This document shows positions 49,079 to 60,962 of a DNA stretch of 64,000 bases, in pieces. A model generated the notes under the pieces. The model saw only the letters and a program-made list of their open reading frames with translations, ran no database searches and was not told the DNA's origin. The first letter of the stretch is position 1, and each line of letters starts with the position of its first letter. The translations under genes were made by a program, and so were the position numbers. Source of the DNA: Dehalococcoidia bacterium (GTDB lineage: Bacteria; Chloroflexota; Dehalococcoidia; UBA6926); assembly GCA_963666115.2 (NCBI GenBank), contig CAXXET010000007.1:160001-224000 (forward strand), given 5' to 3'.

Positions 49079-49507
49079 TTGGCGGATGAGGTTCTGGGCG
49101 TGTCCGTGGGGCGCGTCGTGACGTTCACCAAGCAGATTACGGCGCGCGACGTGGAACTCTTTGCCGAGGCGTCCGGAGACGATCAGCCGCTCCATCTCGA
49201 TGACGCAACGGCGGCGCGATCCCGCTTTGGGCAGCGCATCGCGCACGGCATCCTCACTGCGGGCGTCATCTCAGCCGCCATCGGAACGAAGCTCGTGCCC
49301 GACGGCGTCGCCATCTACCTCGGCCAGACGCTCCAGTTCCAGCGGCCCGTGGCGCTCGGCGATACAATCACTGCCACACTTGAGGTGACTGCGCTGGACG
49401 CGGAACGGCGCCGGGCAACCCTCTCCACGACGTGCGCGAACCAGAATGAGGAGACAGTCCTCACCGGCGAGGCGCAGGTGCTGCTCGACACGCTGCGGGA
49501 GGAATGA
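49079..49507 (+). CDS. MaoC / (R)-specific enoyl-CoA hydratase (PhaJ-like)
   Basis: FAEASGDDQPLH and RFGQRIAHG motifs. Confidence 0.9.
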   Translation: MADEVLGVSVGRVVTFTKQITARDVELFAEASGDDQPLHLDDATAARSRFGQRIAHGILTAGVISAAIGTKLVPDGVAIYLGQTLQFQRPVALGDTITATLEVTALDAERRRATLSTTCANQNEETVLTGEAQVLLDTLREE

Positions 49508-49520
49508 CGCAGGAGGCCAG

Positions 49521-50552
49521 ATGTTTGTTCTTGACCAAGGCAGCCGGATCGTCGTTCCGCGAACAGAGATGACGTATCCGGGCCACAACATGCGGATGCA
49601 TGAGAATGCGGCCAACGCGCCCGTCGACCACGTGATGGCGGATCTCGAGGACGCCTGCCCCTACGAGTTCAAGGGCGAGGCGTCCCGGAGCGCCATCATG
49701 GAGGCGTTCAATACGCTCGACTACGGAACCAAGGTCGTTACGTTCCGCCCCAACAACATCCACTCGCGGTTCTTCCTGGGCGACGTTGAGACGATCATGC
49801 GGGGGGCAGTGGACAAGTTCCACGGCATCATCCTGCCCAAAGTCACCGGGCCGGAGGACGTCATCTACGTTTCCCGCCTGCTCGATGCCCTTGAGCTTGA
49901 GGCGGGATGGACGACGAAAGTGGCCATTGAGACCCTGATCGAGACGCCGGAGGCGATGGTCAACGTCAGCAAAATCGCAACGGCGTCGCCGCGGATGGCG
50001 GGGCTGATTTTTGGCATCGCGGACTTTGCGGCGGTGATGGGCGTCGTGGACGTCGTTGAGGATCAGAACAAGAACTTCCACTACGCCAAGCAGCACATGG
50101 CAGTCGCGGCAAAGGCAGCCGAGCTGCACGCCATCGACAATGTGTTTTTCACCCTCGTGAGGCGCGACACGTCAGAGGAGGACGGTGCGAAGATCAACGA
50201 GGCGCTGCTCCAGAAGAACGTCGAAGCCGCGAACCTGGGCATGGACGGCACGTGGATCATCCATCCCCAGCAGGCTCCCATGGCCAACATGGCCTATACG
50301 CCTAGTGATTCTCTCACCGAGTACGCCTCCCGCCTGATTGACAACTACCATGAGCGCGGCGGCGGCGCGTTCGTCTTCGAGGAGACGGGCGAATTCGTGG
50401 ATGAGGCGACGGCCAAGGGCTACCTTGTGCTGCTGGCCAAGGCGGCGCAGGCGGGCAAGGTGGAGGCCGGCTGGCTGTCCGAGCACGCCGCGCGACATGC
50501 GGAAATCACGGGCTATGACGTGCTGCGGCAAGCGGGCCGACACGTCGCCTAG
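49521..50552 (+). CDS. CitE-family CoA ester lyase (malyl-CoA / beta-methylmalyl-CoA lyase-like)
   Basis: DLEDAC, FRPN, LPKV, LIETP, FGIADFAA and G.W.IHP.Q motifs; AGGAGG ribosome binding site before ATG 49521. Confidence 0.85.
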   Translation: MFVLDQGSRIVVPRTEMTYPGHNMRMHENAANAPVDHVMADLEDACPYEFKGEASRSAIMEAFNTLDYGTKVVTFRPNNIHSRFFLGDVETIMRGAVDKFHGIILPKVTGPEDVIYVSRLLDALELEAGWTTKVAIETLIETPEAMVNVSKIATASPRMAGLIFGIADFAAVMGVVDVVEDQNKNFHYAKQHMAVAAKAAELHAIDNVFFTLVRRDTSEEDGAKINEALLQKNVEAANLGMDGTWIIHPQQAPMANMAYTPSDSLTEYASRLIDNYHERGGGAFVFEETGEFVDEATAKGYLVLLAKAAQAGKVEAGWLSEHAARHAEITGYDVLRQAGRHVA

Positions 50553-50575
50553 AGAAGTCGCCGTCCGAGAGCGTC

Positions 50576-51736
50576 ATGCCTGATCCCGTCATCGAACCGC
50601 AGGACGCCATCGCGGCTGAGGTGCGCCGATGGGTTGACCGGGAGGTTGTCCCGGTCGTTGATGAGCTTGAGCACAACAACACCTTCCCGGATCAACTCGT
50701 GCAGGGGATGCGGGAACTCGGCCTCTTCGAGCTGATGATTCCCCAGGAGTACGGCGGCATCGGCGCGACGTACGTCAGCTACTCCGGCGTGGTGGAGGAA
50801 TTGGCGCGGGGGTGGATGAGCCTCGGCGGAATCCTGAACACCCACGTCATCATCACGCATCTCGTTTCGACATACGGCACTGACGACCAGAAGAAGCGCT
50901 ACCTGCCGCAGTTGGCGACGGCGGAACGGCGCGGGGCGCTCACCATCACGGAGCCCAACGCGGGGTCCGACGTACAGGCCATTCAAACGGTTGCAGTAAA
51001 GGACGGCGACGATTACGTGGTGAACGGTTCCAAGCTGTTCGTGAGCAACGGGCGGCGCGGCGGGCTTTTTGCCATGGCCGTCAAGACCGACCCGACCACC
51101 GATCCGCGCTACCGCGGCATCTCCTGCCTGCTCGTTCAGCCCGATTACCCCGGTTTCGTCGTCACACGAGACATCGAGAAGCTCGGCTACAAGGGCATCG
51201 AGGCATCCGAGCTATCGATGGACGATCTCCGTGTGCCGGCAGGCAACCTGCTCGGCGGCGAGGAGGGCCAGGGATTCTTCCAAATACTGAGCGGCGTTGA
51301 GGTGGGGCGCGTGAACACGGCGGCGCGAGCCGTCGGCGTGGCGCGGGCGGCATTCGAGGCCGCGGCGACGTATGCGCAGCAGCGGCAGGCATTCGGCAAG
51401 GCAATCGGCGAGCACCAGGCCATTCAACTCAAGCTCGCTGACATGTACACGAACATCACCGCAGCGCGGCTGTTGGCTCGGTGGGCCGCAGGCGTCAAGG
51501 ACCAGGGGGGGCGCGCCGACACGGAAGTCGGCATGGCCAAGCTGTTTGCGACGGAGGTCGCGACAGAGGCGACGCTGGAATCCATGCGCATCCACGGCGG
51601 GATAGGCTATACGAAGGAGATGCCGGTGGAGCGGTTCTTCCGGGACGCGCCCGGCATGATGATCTATGAAGGGACGAACGAAATCCAGCGGACGATCATC
51701 GCGCGAAGCGTGCTGCAACGGTACGCTGTGAGCTAG
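50576..51736 (+). CDS. Acyl-CoA dehydrogenase (candidate methylsuccinyl-CoA dehydrogenase)
   Basis: IPQEYGG, TEPNAGSD, NGSKLFVSNG, RQAFGK, IHGGIGY and IYEGTNEIQ motifs. Confidence 0.92.
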   Translation: MPDPVIEPQDAIAAEVRRWVDREVVPVVDELEHNNTFPDQLVQGMRELGLFELMIPQEYGGIGATYVSYSGVVEELARGWMSLGGILNTHVIITHLVSTYGTDDQKKRYLPQLATAERRGALTITEPNAGSDVQAIQTVAVKDGDDYVVNGSKLFVSNGRRGGLFAMAVKTDPTTDPRYRGISCLLVQPDYPGFVVTRDIEKLGYKGIEASELSMDDLRVPAGNLLGGEEGQGFFQILSGVEVGRVNTAARAVGVARAAFEAAATYAQQRQAFGKAIGEHQAIQLKLADMYTNITAARLLARWAAGVKDQGGRADTEVGMAKLFATEVATEATLESMRIHGGIGYTKEMPVERFFRDAPGMMIYEGTNEIQRTIIARSVLQRYAVS

Positions 51737-51751
51737 GTGGGAGAGGGTCTT

Positions 51752-52216
51752 ATGCAATTCGGACGGTATCTTGAGGAGTTTGAAGAGGGGGCGGTGTACA
51801 AGCACTGGCCCGGCAGGACGATTACGCAGGCGGACGATATCCAGTTCTGCATGTTGACGATGAACCACCACCCGCTGCATATCGATGAGGAGTTCGGCAG
51901 GAACAGCCAGTTTGGTCAGAACGTGGTCGTCGGCAACCTCGTCGTGGACATCGCCTTTGGCCTCAGCGTGCCGGACGTGTCCGGGCGCGCAATCGCCAAC
52001 CTGGGGCTGGACGAGATTCGATTCCACAAGCCGACGTTCCACGGGGATACTATCTATGCGGAGACCGAGGTGCTGTCCGTCAGGGCCAGTGAGAACCGTC
52101 CTGACCGGGGCGTCGTGACGGTTGAGACGCGGGCGACGAATCAACGCGAAGAGACGGTGATGACGTTCAAGCGGAGCGTGCTGATTCCGCGAAAGCCGGA
52201 TGACAGCGAGGGTTAG
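51752..52216 (+). CDS. MaoC-family dehydratase (candidate mesaconyl-CoA hydratase)
   Basis: GRYLEEF..G..YKHWPGRT and F..LTMNHHPLH.D motifs. Confidence 0.88.
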   Translation: MQFGRYLEEFEEGAVYKHWPGRTITQADDIQFCMLTMNHHPLHIDEEFGRNSQFGQNVVVGNLVVDIAFGLSVPDVSGRAIANLGLDEIRFHKPTFHGDTIYAETEVLSVRASENRPDRGVVTVETRATNQREETVMTFKRSVLIPRKPDDSEG

Positions 52217-52227
52217 GGGGAGCAGGG

Positions 52228-53895
52228 ATGGCAACACCCACCTCTGAGGCGGATATCCGCGCGGCGCAGGCGGCGTGGGAGGAGAAGACGGCAGGCGCGC
52301 GCGAGCGCAAGGAGTCGTTCGGCACCGATTCCGTCGAGGACATCAGCCGAGCCTACTCGCCCCAGAGCGTCCCTGACCTGGACTTCCTGAATGACGTCGG
52401 TTTCCCGGGCGAGTACCCGTTCACACGCGGCGTCCAGCCCACGATGTACCGTGGGCGGCTGTGGTCCATGCGGCAGTACGCTGGGTTCGGCACGCCGACG
52501 GAGTCCAATGAGCGGTTCCGCTACCTGCTGGAGCAGGGGCAGACAGGCTTGTCCGTGGCATTCGACCTGCCAACGCAGCTTGGCTATGACTCCGACGATT
52601 CGCACTCGCTCGGGGAGGTCGGCAAGGTCGGTGTGGCGATTGATTCGCTGCGCGACATGGAGTTGATGTTCCAGGACATCCCGCTGGACAAGGTCAGCAC
52701 GTCGATGACGATCAACGCGCCCGCTGCCCTGCTGGTCGCCATGTACGTGGCGGTTGGCGAGAAGCAGGGTCATGAACCCGCTGCACTCACCGGCACGGCG
52801 CAGAACGACGTGCTCAAGGAATACATTGCGCGCGGGACGTATATCTATCCACCGGGGCCGTCTCTGCGACTGGCGGCGGATTTGGTGGGCTACTGCGCGC
52901 GGGAGATGCCACGATTCAACAGCATCTCGATTAGCGGCTACCACATGCGTGACGCGGGCAGCACTGCGGCGCAGGAGATTGCGTTCACGTTCGCCAACGC
53001 CATTGCGTACGGCGAGGCATTCGTTGAACGCGGTGTCGACGCTGATTCATGGGGCCCGCGCGTTTCATGGATTTTCAATACGCACAACAACTTCCTAGAG
53101 GAGGTCGCCAAGTACCGAGCGCTACGCCGCATGTGGGCGAAGATCATGAAGGAGCGGTTCGGGGCAGAGGATCCGCGTTCATGGATGCTCCGCACGCACA
53201 CGCAGACCGGCGGCTCGACGCTGACGGCGCAGCAGCCGCAGAACAACATCGTCCGCGCGGCCTACCAGGCCATGGCGGCGGTGCTGGGCGGGGTGCAGAG
53301 CCTCGCGCTGTCCTGTTACGACGAGGCGCTGGGAATTCCAACCGATGAGGCGCAGCGCGTCGCGCTGCGCACCCAGCAGATTTTGGCGCACGAAACGGGC
53401 GTGGCGGACACGGTCGATCCCTTGGCGGGTTCCTACTTCGTCGAGTGGATGACCAACAACCTGGAAGAAAAGGCGTGGCAGTACCTGCGGCAAATCGAGG
53501 ACCTGGGCGGCGCGGTGACGGCAATCGAGAATGGCGTCATCCAGAAGGAGATCGCGCAGGCATCGTATGACATGGCCCAGTCCATTGAGAACGGCGATCA
53601 GCTTGTGGTCGGCGTCAACTCGTTCACGGACGGCAACGAAGACCAATCGCTGCAAGTGTTCCGCGTGGACAACCGCGTCGTCGCTGAGCAGCATCAGTCG
53701 TTGGAGCGCGTGCGCGGCGAGCGCAGCGCGGAGGACGTGAACAACGCGCTGGAGGCTCTTCGGGCGGCTGCGCGAGGCAACGATGACCTGATGGCGCCCA
53801 TTTTGGGGGCGGTGCGTGCGTATGCGACGACGGGCGAGATCTGCAGTGCGCTGCGCGACGTGTTTGGGGAATACACGCCGCCGGTGGAGGTGTAG
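52228..53895 (+). CDS. B12-dependent acyl-CoA mutase, substrate-binding large subunit
   Basis: [40 protein letters not shown] and ISISGYH motifs; no C-terminal DxHxxG B12-binding domain. Confidence 0.93.
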   Translation: MATPTSEADIRAAQAAWEEKTAGARERKESFGTDSVEDISRAYSPQSVPDLDFLNDVGFPGEYPFTRGVQPTMYRGRLWSMRQYAGFGTPTESNERFRYLLEQGQTGLSVAFDLPTQLGYDSDDSHSLGEVGKVGVAIDSLRDMELMFQDIPLDKVSTSMTINAPAALLVAMYVAVGEKQGHEPAALTGTAQNDVLKEYIARGTYIYPPGPSLRLAADLVGYCAREMPRFNSISISGYHMRDAGSTAAQEIAFTFANAIAYGEAFVERGVDADSWGPRVSWIFNTHNNFLEEVAKYRALRRMWAKIMKERFGAEDPRSWMLRTHTQTGGSTLTAQQPQNNIVRAAYQAMAAVLGGVQSLALSCYDEALGIPTDEAQRVALRTQQILAHETGVADTVDPLAGSYFVEWMTNNLEEKAWQYLRQIEDLGGAVTAIENGVIQKEIAQASYDMAQSIENGDQLVVGVNSFTDGNEDQSLQVFRVDNRVVAEQHQSLERVRGERSAEDVNNALEALRAAARGNDDLMAPILGAVRAYATTGEICSALRDVFGEYTPPVEV

Positions 53896-53961
53896 ACGGC
53901 GGGGTAGGATTACAGGGTTAGTAGGGAAGCTAGGAAGGTTACAGAAGAGGGGGTAAGGACG

Positions 53962-54711
53962 ATGGCAGGACTGTTGGACGGCAAGGTGGCGCTCGTGACG
54001 GGCGGCTCTCGCGGCATTGGCCGCGCAACGGCAATCGAACTGGCAGCGAGCGGCGCGGCAGTTGCCGTGAATTACAACGCGAACGCGGACGCGGCCAATG
54101 AGGTCGTGAGCGAGATTACAGGCGCGGGCGGCAAGGCCGGCGCGTACCAGTTCAATATCGCGGACCGCGCGGCGGTTGATTCGCAGATCGATCAGATTGT
54201 GTCCGATCTCGGACCGGTCACCATCCTGGTGAACAACGCGGGCGCGACGGCGGACAGGACGCTCAGGAACATGTCCGACGAGCAGTGGGACAGCGTCATC
54301 GAGGTCAACCTGACCGGAACGTTCAACGTGACGAAGAAGGTCTGGAACATCATGGGCGAGGCCGGCGGCGGCCATATCGTCAACATCAGTTCCCTCGTTG
54401 GCGAGGCAGGACGGCTTGGCCTGATCAACTACTCGACCGCCAAGGCGGGGCTCCTGGGCTTCACCAAGACAGCGGCGCGGGAGGGCGCGCGGACGAACAT
54501 CCAGGTGAACGCGATCGCGCCCGGGTTCATTGACACGGATATGATTTCCGGCCTGACGCCGGAGATGAAGGAGAACCTCAAGAAGGAGGCCGTTCTTGGC
54601 CGCCTCGGCGAGGTTGAGGAGATCGCGAAGGTCGTGCGTTTCATCGTGAGCGAGGCGAGCTACATGACGGGCGCGACGATCGACGTGAACGGCGGGATGT
54701 ACTACCGCTAG
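53962..54711 (+). CDS. Acetoacetyl-CoA / 3-oxoacyl reductase (PhaB/FabG-like)
   Basis: TGGSRGIG, NNAG, NYSTAKAG and APGFIDTDM motifs; adjacent to a thiolase. Confidence 0.9.
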   Translation: MAGLLDGKVALVTGGSRGIGRATAIELAASGAAVAVNYNANADAANEVVSEITGAGGKAGAYQFNIADRAAVDSQIDQIVSDLGPVTILVNNAGATADRTLRNMSDEQWDSVIEVNLTGTFNVTKKVWNIMGEAGGGHIVNISSLVGEAGRLGLINYSTAKAGLLGFTKTAAREGARTNIQVNAIAPGFIDTDMISGLTPEMKENLKKEAVLGRLGEVEEIAKVVRFIVSEASYMTGATIDVNGGMYYR

Positions 54712-54754
54712 GACTCCGGCGGCAAACGGGATAAACCCAGGGGGGATTGGGACC

Positions 54755-55939
54755 ATGAGCGATGCAGTGATCGTGAGCGCGGTGCGAACCGCGGTGGGGA
54801 CGATGGGCGGCGGCCTTTCCAACGTGGCGGCGCCAAAGCTGGGCGCAGTCACCATCCAGGCGGCCATTGGGCGCGCCGGCATTCCGGACGAGATTCTGCC
54901 GGATGAGGTGCTGATGGGGAATGTCATCCAGGCCGGACTCGGACAGAACCCGGCCCGCCAGTCCGCCATCCAGGGCGGCCTGCCCGTCAGCGTGCCCGCC
55001 ACCACCATCAACAAGGTGTGCGGCTCCGGCCTCAAGACCGTCATCCTGGCCTCGCAGGCCATCCGCGCGGGCGATGCCAGCTACATCGTCGCGGGCGGCA
55101 TGGAGAACATGAGCGCAGGGCCGTACCTGGTGCAGAACGGCCGCTACGGCTATCGTCTCGGCAACGCCGAGCTGGTCGACGCCACGGTGAACGACGGGCT
55201 GTGGTGCGCGATGGAAGACTGCCACATGGGCATCACGGCGGAGAACGTCGCCGCAGAGTACGGCGTCACCCGCGATGACCAGGACGCCTTCTCGGCGGAG
55301 TCGCAGCGGCGCGCCGGCGCGGCGATGAGCAGCGGCCGGTTTGCGGATGAGATCGTCAACGTGGAAATCCCGCAGCGGCGCGGCGACCCGGTCGTGGTGG
55401 ATACCGACGAGTACCCGCGCCCGGACTCCACGTCGGAGACCCTGGGGCGCCTCCGTCCCGCCTTCACGGGCGAGGGCACGGTGACGGCGGGCAACGCCTC
55501 CGGCATCAACGACGGCGCGGCGACGACCATCGTCGTTTCGGAGGAGTTCGCGAATGAGCACGGCTTGAAGCCGTTGGCGAAAGTGCGCGGGTATGCGTCC
55601 GCGGGCGTGGAGCCGCGCATCATGGGCATCGGCCCAATCGGCGCAATGCAGAAGGCCGTCCGCCACGCCGGGCTGTCCATCAGCGACATCGACCTCTTCG
55701 AGTTGAACGAGGCGTTCGCGGCGCAGTCCGTGGCCGTCACGCGCGAGCTTGAGCTTGACTCCGACAGGGTGAACGTGAACGGCGGCGCGATCGCCATCGG
55801 GCACCCCATCGGCGCGTCCGGCACGCGCATCCTCGTGACCCTGCTACACGAGATGCAGAAGCGGGAGGCGCAGTTCGGGATGGCCTCGCTGTGCATCGGC
55901 GGCGGCCAGGGCATCGCGCTGGTGGTTGAGGCCGCGTAG
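54755..55939 (+). CDS. Acetyl-CoA C-acetyltransferase (thiolase, PhaA/AtoB-like)
   Basis: NKVCGSG, ELNEAFA, GHPIGASG and LCIGGGQG motifs. Confidence 0.96.
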   Translation: MSDAVIVSAVRTAVGTMGGGLSNVAAPKLGAVTIQAAIGRAGIPDEILPDEVLMGNVIQAGLGQNPARQSAIQGGLPVSVPATTINKVCGSGLKTVILASQAIRAGDASYIVAGGMENMSAGPYLVQNGRYGYRLGNAELVDATVNDGLWCAMEDCHMGITAENVAAEYGVTRDDQDAFSAESQRRAGAAMSSGRFADEIVNVEIPQRRGDPVVVDTDEYPRPDSTSETLGRLRPAFTGEGTVTAGNASGINDGAATTIVVSEEFANEHGLKPLAKVRGYASAGVEPRIMGIGPIGAMQKAVRHAGLSISDIDLFELNEAFAAQSVAVTRELELDSDRVNVNGGAIAIGHPIGASGTRILVTLLHEMQKREAQFGMASLCIGGGQGIALVVEAA

Positions 55940-55990
55940 GAGAGACGCCGCTGTTGCGCGGGGCGCGAGGATTTGGCTATACTGCGAGTG

Positions 55991-56017
55991 TTAGCACTCT
56001 CACGCCGAGAGTGCTAA
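55991..56017 (+). promoter_or_regulatory. CIRCE element (HrcA operator)
   Basis: Perfect TTAGCACTC-N9-GAGTGCTAA upstream of groES, just after a TATACT -10 box at 55978-55983. Confidence 0.97.
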
Positions 56018-56057
56018 TTGTGCGAAAACAACGGTTACAGGAGGGATAGAGAGAGGT

Positions 56058-56351
56058 ATGGCGCGCACATTTCAGCCGCTGGGGGATCGGATTGTGATCA
56101 AGCCGATTGAGCAGGAGGAGGTCTCCAAGGGGGGCCTGGTTCTGCCGGATACGGCGCGGGAACGCCCGCAGGAGGGCGAGGTCATCGCCGCAGGCCCGGG
56201 ACGGCTCACGGAAGAGGGCAACCGCATTCCGATGGAACTCGTCGTCGGCGACAAGGTCCTGTACGCCAAGTACGCGGGAACCGAACTCAAGGAGGACGAC
56301 GAGGACTACCTGGTGCTCCGGGAGTCCGACATCCTGGCGAAAATCAGCTAG
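56058..56351 (+). CDS. groES: Co-chaperonin GroES
   Basis: PLGDRIV, GG.VLPDTA and KYAGTE motifs. Confidence 0.97.
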   Translation: MARTFQPLGDRIVIKPIEQEEVSKGGLVLPDTARERPQEGEVIAAGPGRLTEEGNRIPMELVVGDKVLYAKYAGTELKEDDEDYLVLRESDILAKIS

Positions 56352-57995
<1,644 letters not shown>

Positions 57996-58022
57996 GCGAA
58001 CGCGGCTCAATTCAGACGAGAG

Positions 58023-58063
58023 ACGTCCCCGCTCACCGGCCGGTGAGCGGGGACGTTCTTTTT
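58023..58063 (+). terminator. Rho-independent terminator of groESL
   Basis: acgtccccgctcacc-ggcc-ggtgagcggggacgt stem followed by tcttttt. Confidence 0.9.
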
Positions 58064-58120
58064 GGCCGTGATTGGTTGTTTGGCTGAAGCGCCTGTACCA
58101 TCAGTCAGGGGGGTGAACTC

Positions 58121-58840
58121 ATGGGACAACTCGACGGCAAGGTCTGCATCATTACGGGTGGCGGCAGGGGCATCGGGAAGGGGATCGCGCGCGCGTTCGC
58201 CAAGGAGGGCGCGACCCTTGTCCTGGCGTCGCGGCAGCTTGAGCATCTCAACACGACCGCCGAGGAGATGCGCGAGTACGGATCGCCTACCCTCGTGGTC
58301 CAGACGGACGTGACCAGCGAGGAGCAGATCAAGAGCCTCTTTGCGACGACGATGGCGGAATATGGGCGAGTGGACATCCTGGTGAATAACTCCGGGGTGT
58401 TCGACGGCGGGCCGGTGGACGAGCTTTCGCTGGAGACGTGGAACAAGGTCATCAGCATCAACCTCACCGCGGTTTTCATCTGCACACGGGAGGCCATGAA
58501 GATCATGAAGCCGCAGGCAGGCGGGCGGATCATCAACATCGGCAGCATCTCGTCGAGCATCCCCAGGATGAACTCGGCCGCCTACGCATCCACCAAGCAC
58601 GCAATCATCGGGCTCACCAAGTCGACCGCGCTCGAGGGCAGGCCGTTCGGCATCTCGGCGGGCGCGCTTCATCCCGGGAGCGTCACGCTGGAGTGGCGCG
58701 GCCCCGAAGACCCGGACGCGACCATGTCCGTGGACGACGTCGCCATCGCCGCGCTGGCAATGGCCGTCATGCCACCCTACGCCAATATGCTTGACGCGAC
58801 AGTCCTGCCCATCAAACAGCCGTTTTTGGGGCGGGGGTAG
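58121..58840 (+). CDS. Short-chain dehydrogenase/reductase
   Basis: TGGGRGIG, NNSG and YASTK motifs. Confidence 0.92.
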   Translation: MGQLDGKVCIITGGGRGIGKGIARAFAKEGATLVLASRQLEHLNTTAEEMREYGSPTLVVQTDVTSEEQIKSLFATTMAEYGRVDILVNNSGVFDGGPVDELSLETWNKVISINLTAVFICTREAMKIMKPQAGGRIINIGSISSSIPRMNSAAYASTKHAIIGLTKSTALEGRPFGISAGALHPGSVTLEWRGPEDPDATMSVDDVAIAALAMAVMPPYANMLDATVLPIKQPFLGRG

Positions 58841-59381
58841 GCCGCTGATCTCCCCTCATTCCAGGGAGTCATTGGGGTTCTTCTTTCGTGGTGTCCCTTG
58901 TGCTCTCCTTTCGGTTCGTTCCGGTTTGGCGGGTCTTGGGGGGTGCATCGGCGCTGCGGGCCTCCAGCCTTTTGGTTGAGCCGTCATCGGTTCGGCGCAG
59001 TGGGAGCTTTGTTCCATCGCGTCGGCCACCGTTTTAGGCCGCGCTCCGGTCTCCAGATATTCGCGCCAGAAGCTACCCTGGCGCCGGACGACTCTCGCTG
59101 CGCCGCGATTGCCGCCCCCCTATACGCCCCGTCAGCCCACCGTCACTGGCCGCCCGTGGCCACGAGCAAACCCGTCGTGGTTTCCTGGCCGGGAAACCGG
59201 AGGGCCTTGTCGCCGATGCACCCCTCGCAGGGAGCGCCCTCCATTGCGCGCCCCCGGGGATTGTTGTGACGGCCCGGGTGTTAACTTGCCCTCGCCGCCG
59301 TCGAAAAGGCTTGTTTCGATGTGGGGAGGTTAGTACAGGGGTTTTGTTTGGTGCAAGGGGTGGTGGCACATGGGGGGGGCT

Positions 59382-59407
59382 GTCATTCCCGTGCACGGAG
59401 GAATCTA
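59382..59407. repeat. Short palindromic (REP-like) element
   Basis: gtcattcccgtgcacggaggaatcta, an imperfect copy of the family. Confidence 0.55.
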
Positions 59408-59500
59408 GCACTCCCTCCGAATCCCCCGCGTAGGCGGGGGCACCGTATACTGAGTATGGACGGCAAATCGAAGGGATCTGGGGCAGCATTTGGAGGGTAC

Positions 59501-60808
59501 ATGACAGTGACCCAGCGGCCGAGGGTGGGTGCCATAGGTCTGGATGCCTCGCATCTGGATTCTATCAGGCCGCTTTGCGGAGAGCTTAGGCCAGCCGACT
59601 CCTTGGGTGAATATTGCCAGCTCTACAGTTGGACGGAAACGGATATTTTGGTAGCGCGTGACTTCGATTCTTGGGAGAATGATCCTTCTCCTGTCAAAAT
59701 CAATCCTGATGTCAATCTACTCGCTTTTGGTGACTTGTATGTTATGTGGCCGGATACGTATTTTGTAAGGCACGATCACGCTACCGAACACTTCGCATCG
59801 ACTAGCGAGAACACGGAACGTGAACTTACGGTCACGGGCTCTTGTCCTGATTCATACAGAGACCTCGCCAATGAGTTGGTCAGGGAGTTGCCGACAAGGC
59901 AGAGCCCCCCTACAGTGATCGAGACTTCCAGAGGATCGCGTAAGGCCTTGGTTTCAACTACCTCAAAACGTCCCGTCGCCTTGCACATCGATTTGCCATC
60001 CCAGAAAGAAGGGCCGGACAGGAAGTCAGTACAGGCGGTCGCACTCCTCCTCCCTAACGTCTCTAACCTCGCGGCTTGGTTCAGAGCCTTCCTCTCGGGG
60101 GTACATGAAAGGAATCCCCACCAGGTTCCGCATGCCCCGCCTCGTCTGAGCGATCCATCAGATTGGTACACGCCTGATGAGAGGGAGTTGGCTGCTCAAA
60201 TCTCGGAAACCAACGCGGAAATCACCGCTTTAAGGGACAAGCATGACCGTCTGGAAGAACTACTGGCCGCAAAGACGACAGAGGCCGATGCAGGGATTCG
60301 GCGCGCTCTCTGGGCAGACGGAGACGACTTGACTGCTGCGACCATGAAGATTCTTTCCGGCCTAGGCTTTAGAGTCCGGGATATGGATGCCGAATTGGAG
60401 AAGGGGGAGCCCAAGCGCGAAGACCTGCGACTGACACTCCCTGAACGCCCTAAGTGGAATGCCATTGTGGAAGTCAAAGGCTATTCGGGCGGCACAAGGA
60501 CGAACGATGCCCGTCAAATTAGGGAGCATCGCGATCGCTACATGCAGGAGGAAGGTCGGCAGCCTGACTTGACCCTCTGGCTAGCCAACACTCATCGCAA
60601 CTCCGACCCTTCCGGTAGGCCCCTGCCGGACGGAAACGTAAAGGACACCGCTGAGGCGGTCGGCATCGTTCACGCGCAAGTGCATGATCTCCTTCGACAA
60701 TGGCTGTTTGTCCAGGCAGGCATTCATGATGTAGCAATTGTTGTGCAAAGTTTGGTCGATGCCGAACCCGGGCTCTGGACTCCGCCAACCCCTCCTGGCC
60801 ACGCATAG
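59501..60808 (+). CDS. Hypothetical protein with coiled coil and C-terminal PD-(D/E)xK nuclease-like domain
   Basis: GGAGG before ATG 59501; coiled coil ELAAQI...LEELL; LGF.V...EDLRL...IVEVKG...DARQ motif; visibly lower GC than the flanks. Confidence 0.65.
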   Translation: MTVTQRPRVGAIGLDASHLDSIRPLCGELRPADSLGEYCQLYSWTETDILVARDFDSWENDPSPVKINPDVNLLAFGDLYVMWPDTYFVRHDHATEHFASTSENTERELTVTGSCPDSYRDLANELVRELPTRQSPPTVIETSRGSRKALVSTTSKRPVALHIDLPSQKEGPDRKSVQAVALLLPNVSNLAAWFRAFLSGVHERNPHQVPHAPPRLSDPSDWYTPDERELAAQISETNAEITALRDKHDRLEELLAAKTTEADAGIRRALWADGDDLTAATMKILSGLGFRVRDMDAELEKGEPKREDLRLTLPERPKWNAIVEVKGYSGGTRTNDARQIREHRDRYMQEEGRQPDLTLWLANTHRNSDPSGRPLPDGNVKDTAEAVGIVHAQVHDLLRQWLFVQAGIHDVAIVVQSLVDAEPGLWTPPTPPGHA

Positions 60809-60962
60809 CGAACTGCCCTTCTTCCGCAGAGCGCACCGTGTTGTGGTTTCCTGTACGCCCAAGTTAAGTACAGAGACCGATTCCAGTGCGGCCACGGCTT
60901 TAGGGCGACAACTACTTCCGCCTAGGCGGCGAGATTTTGACGAGGCATCCGGTCAGTTTCCC

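Noticed and set aside
58860-59380. About 500 bp without a convincing gene after the SDR
   Set aside because: The short ORFs have no motifs and no RNA family could be recognised by eye; an Rfam search would be needed.
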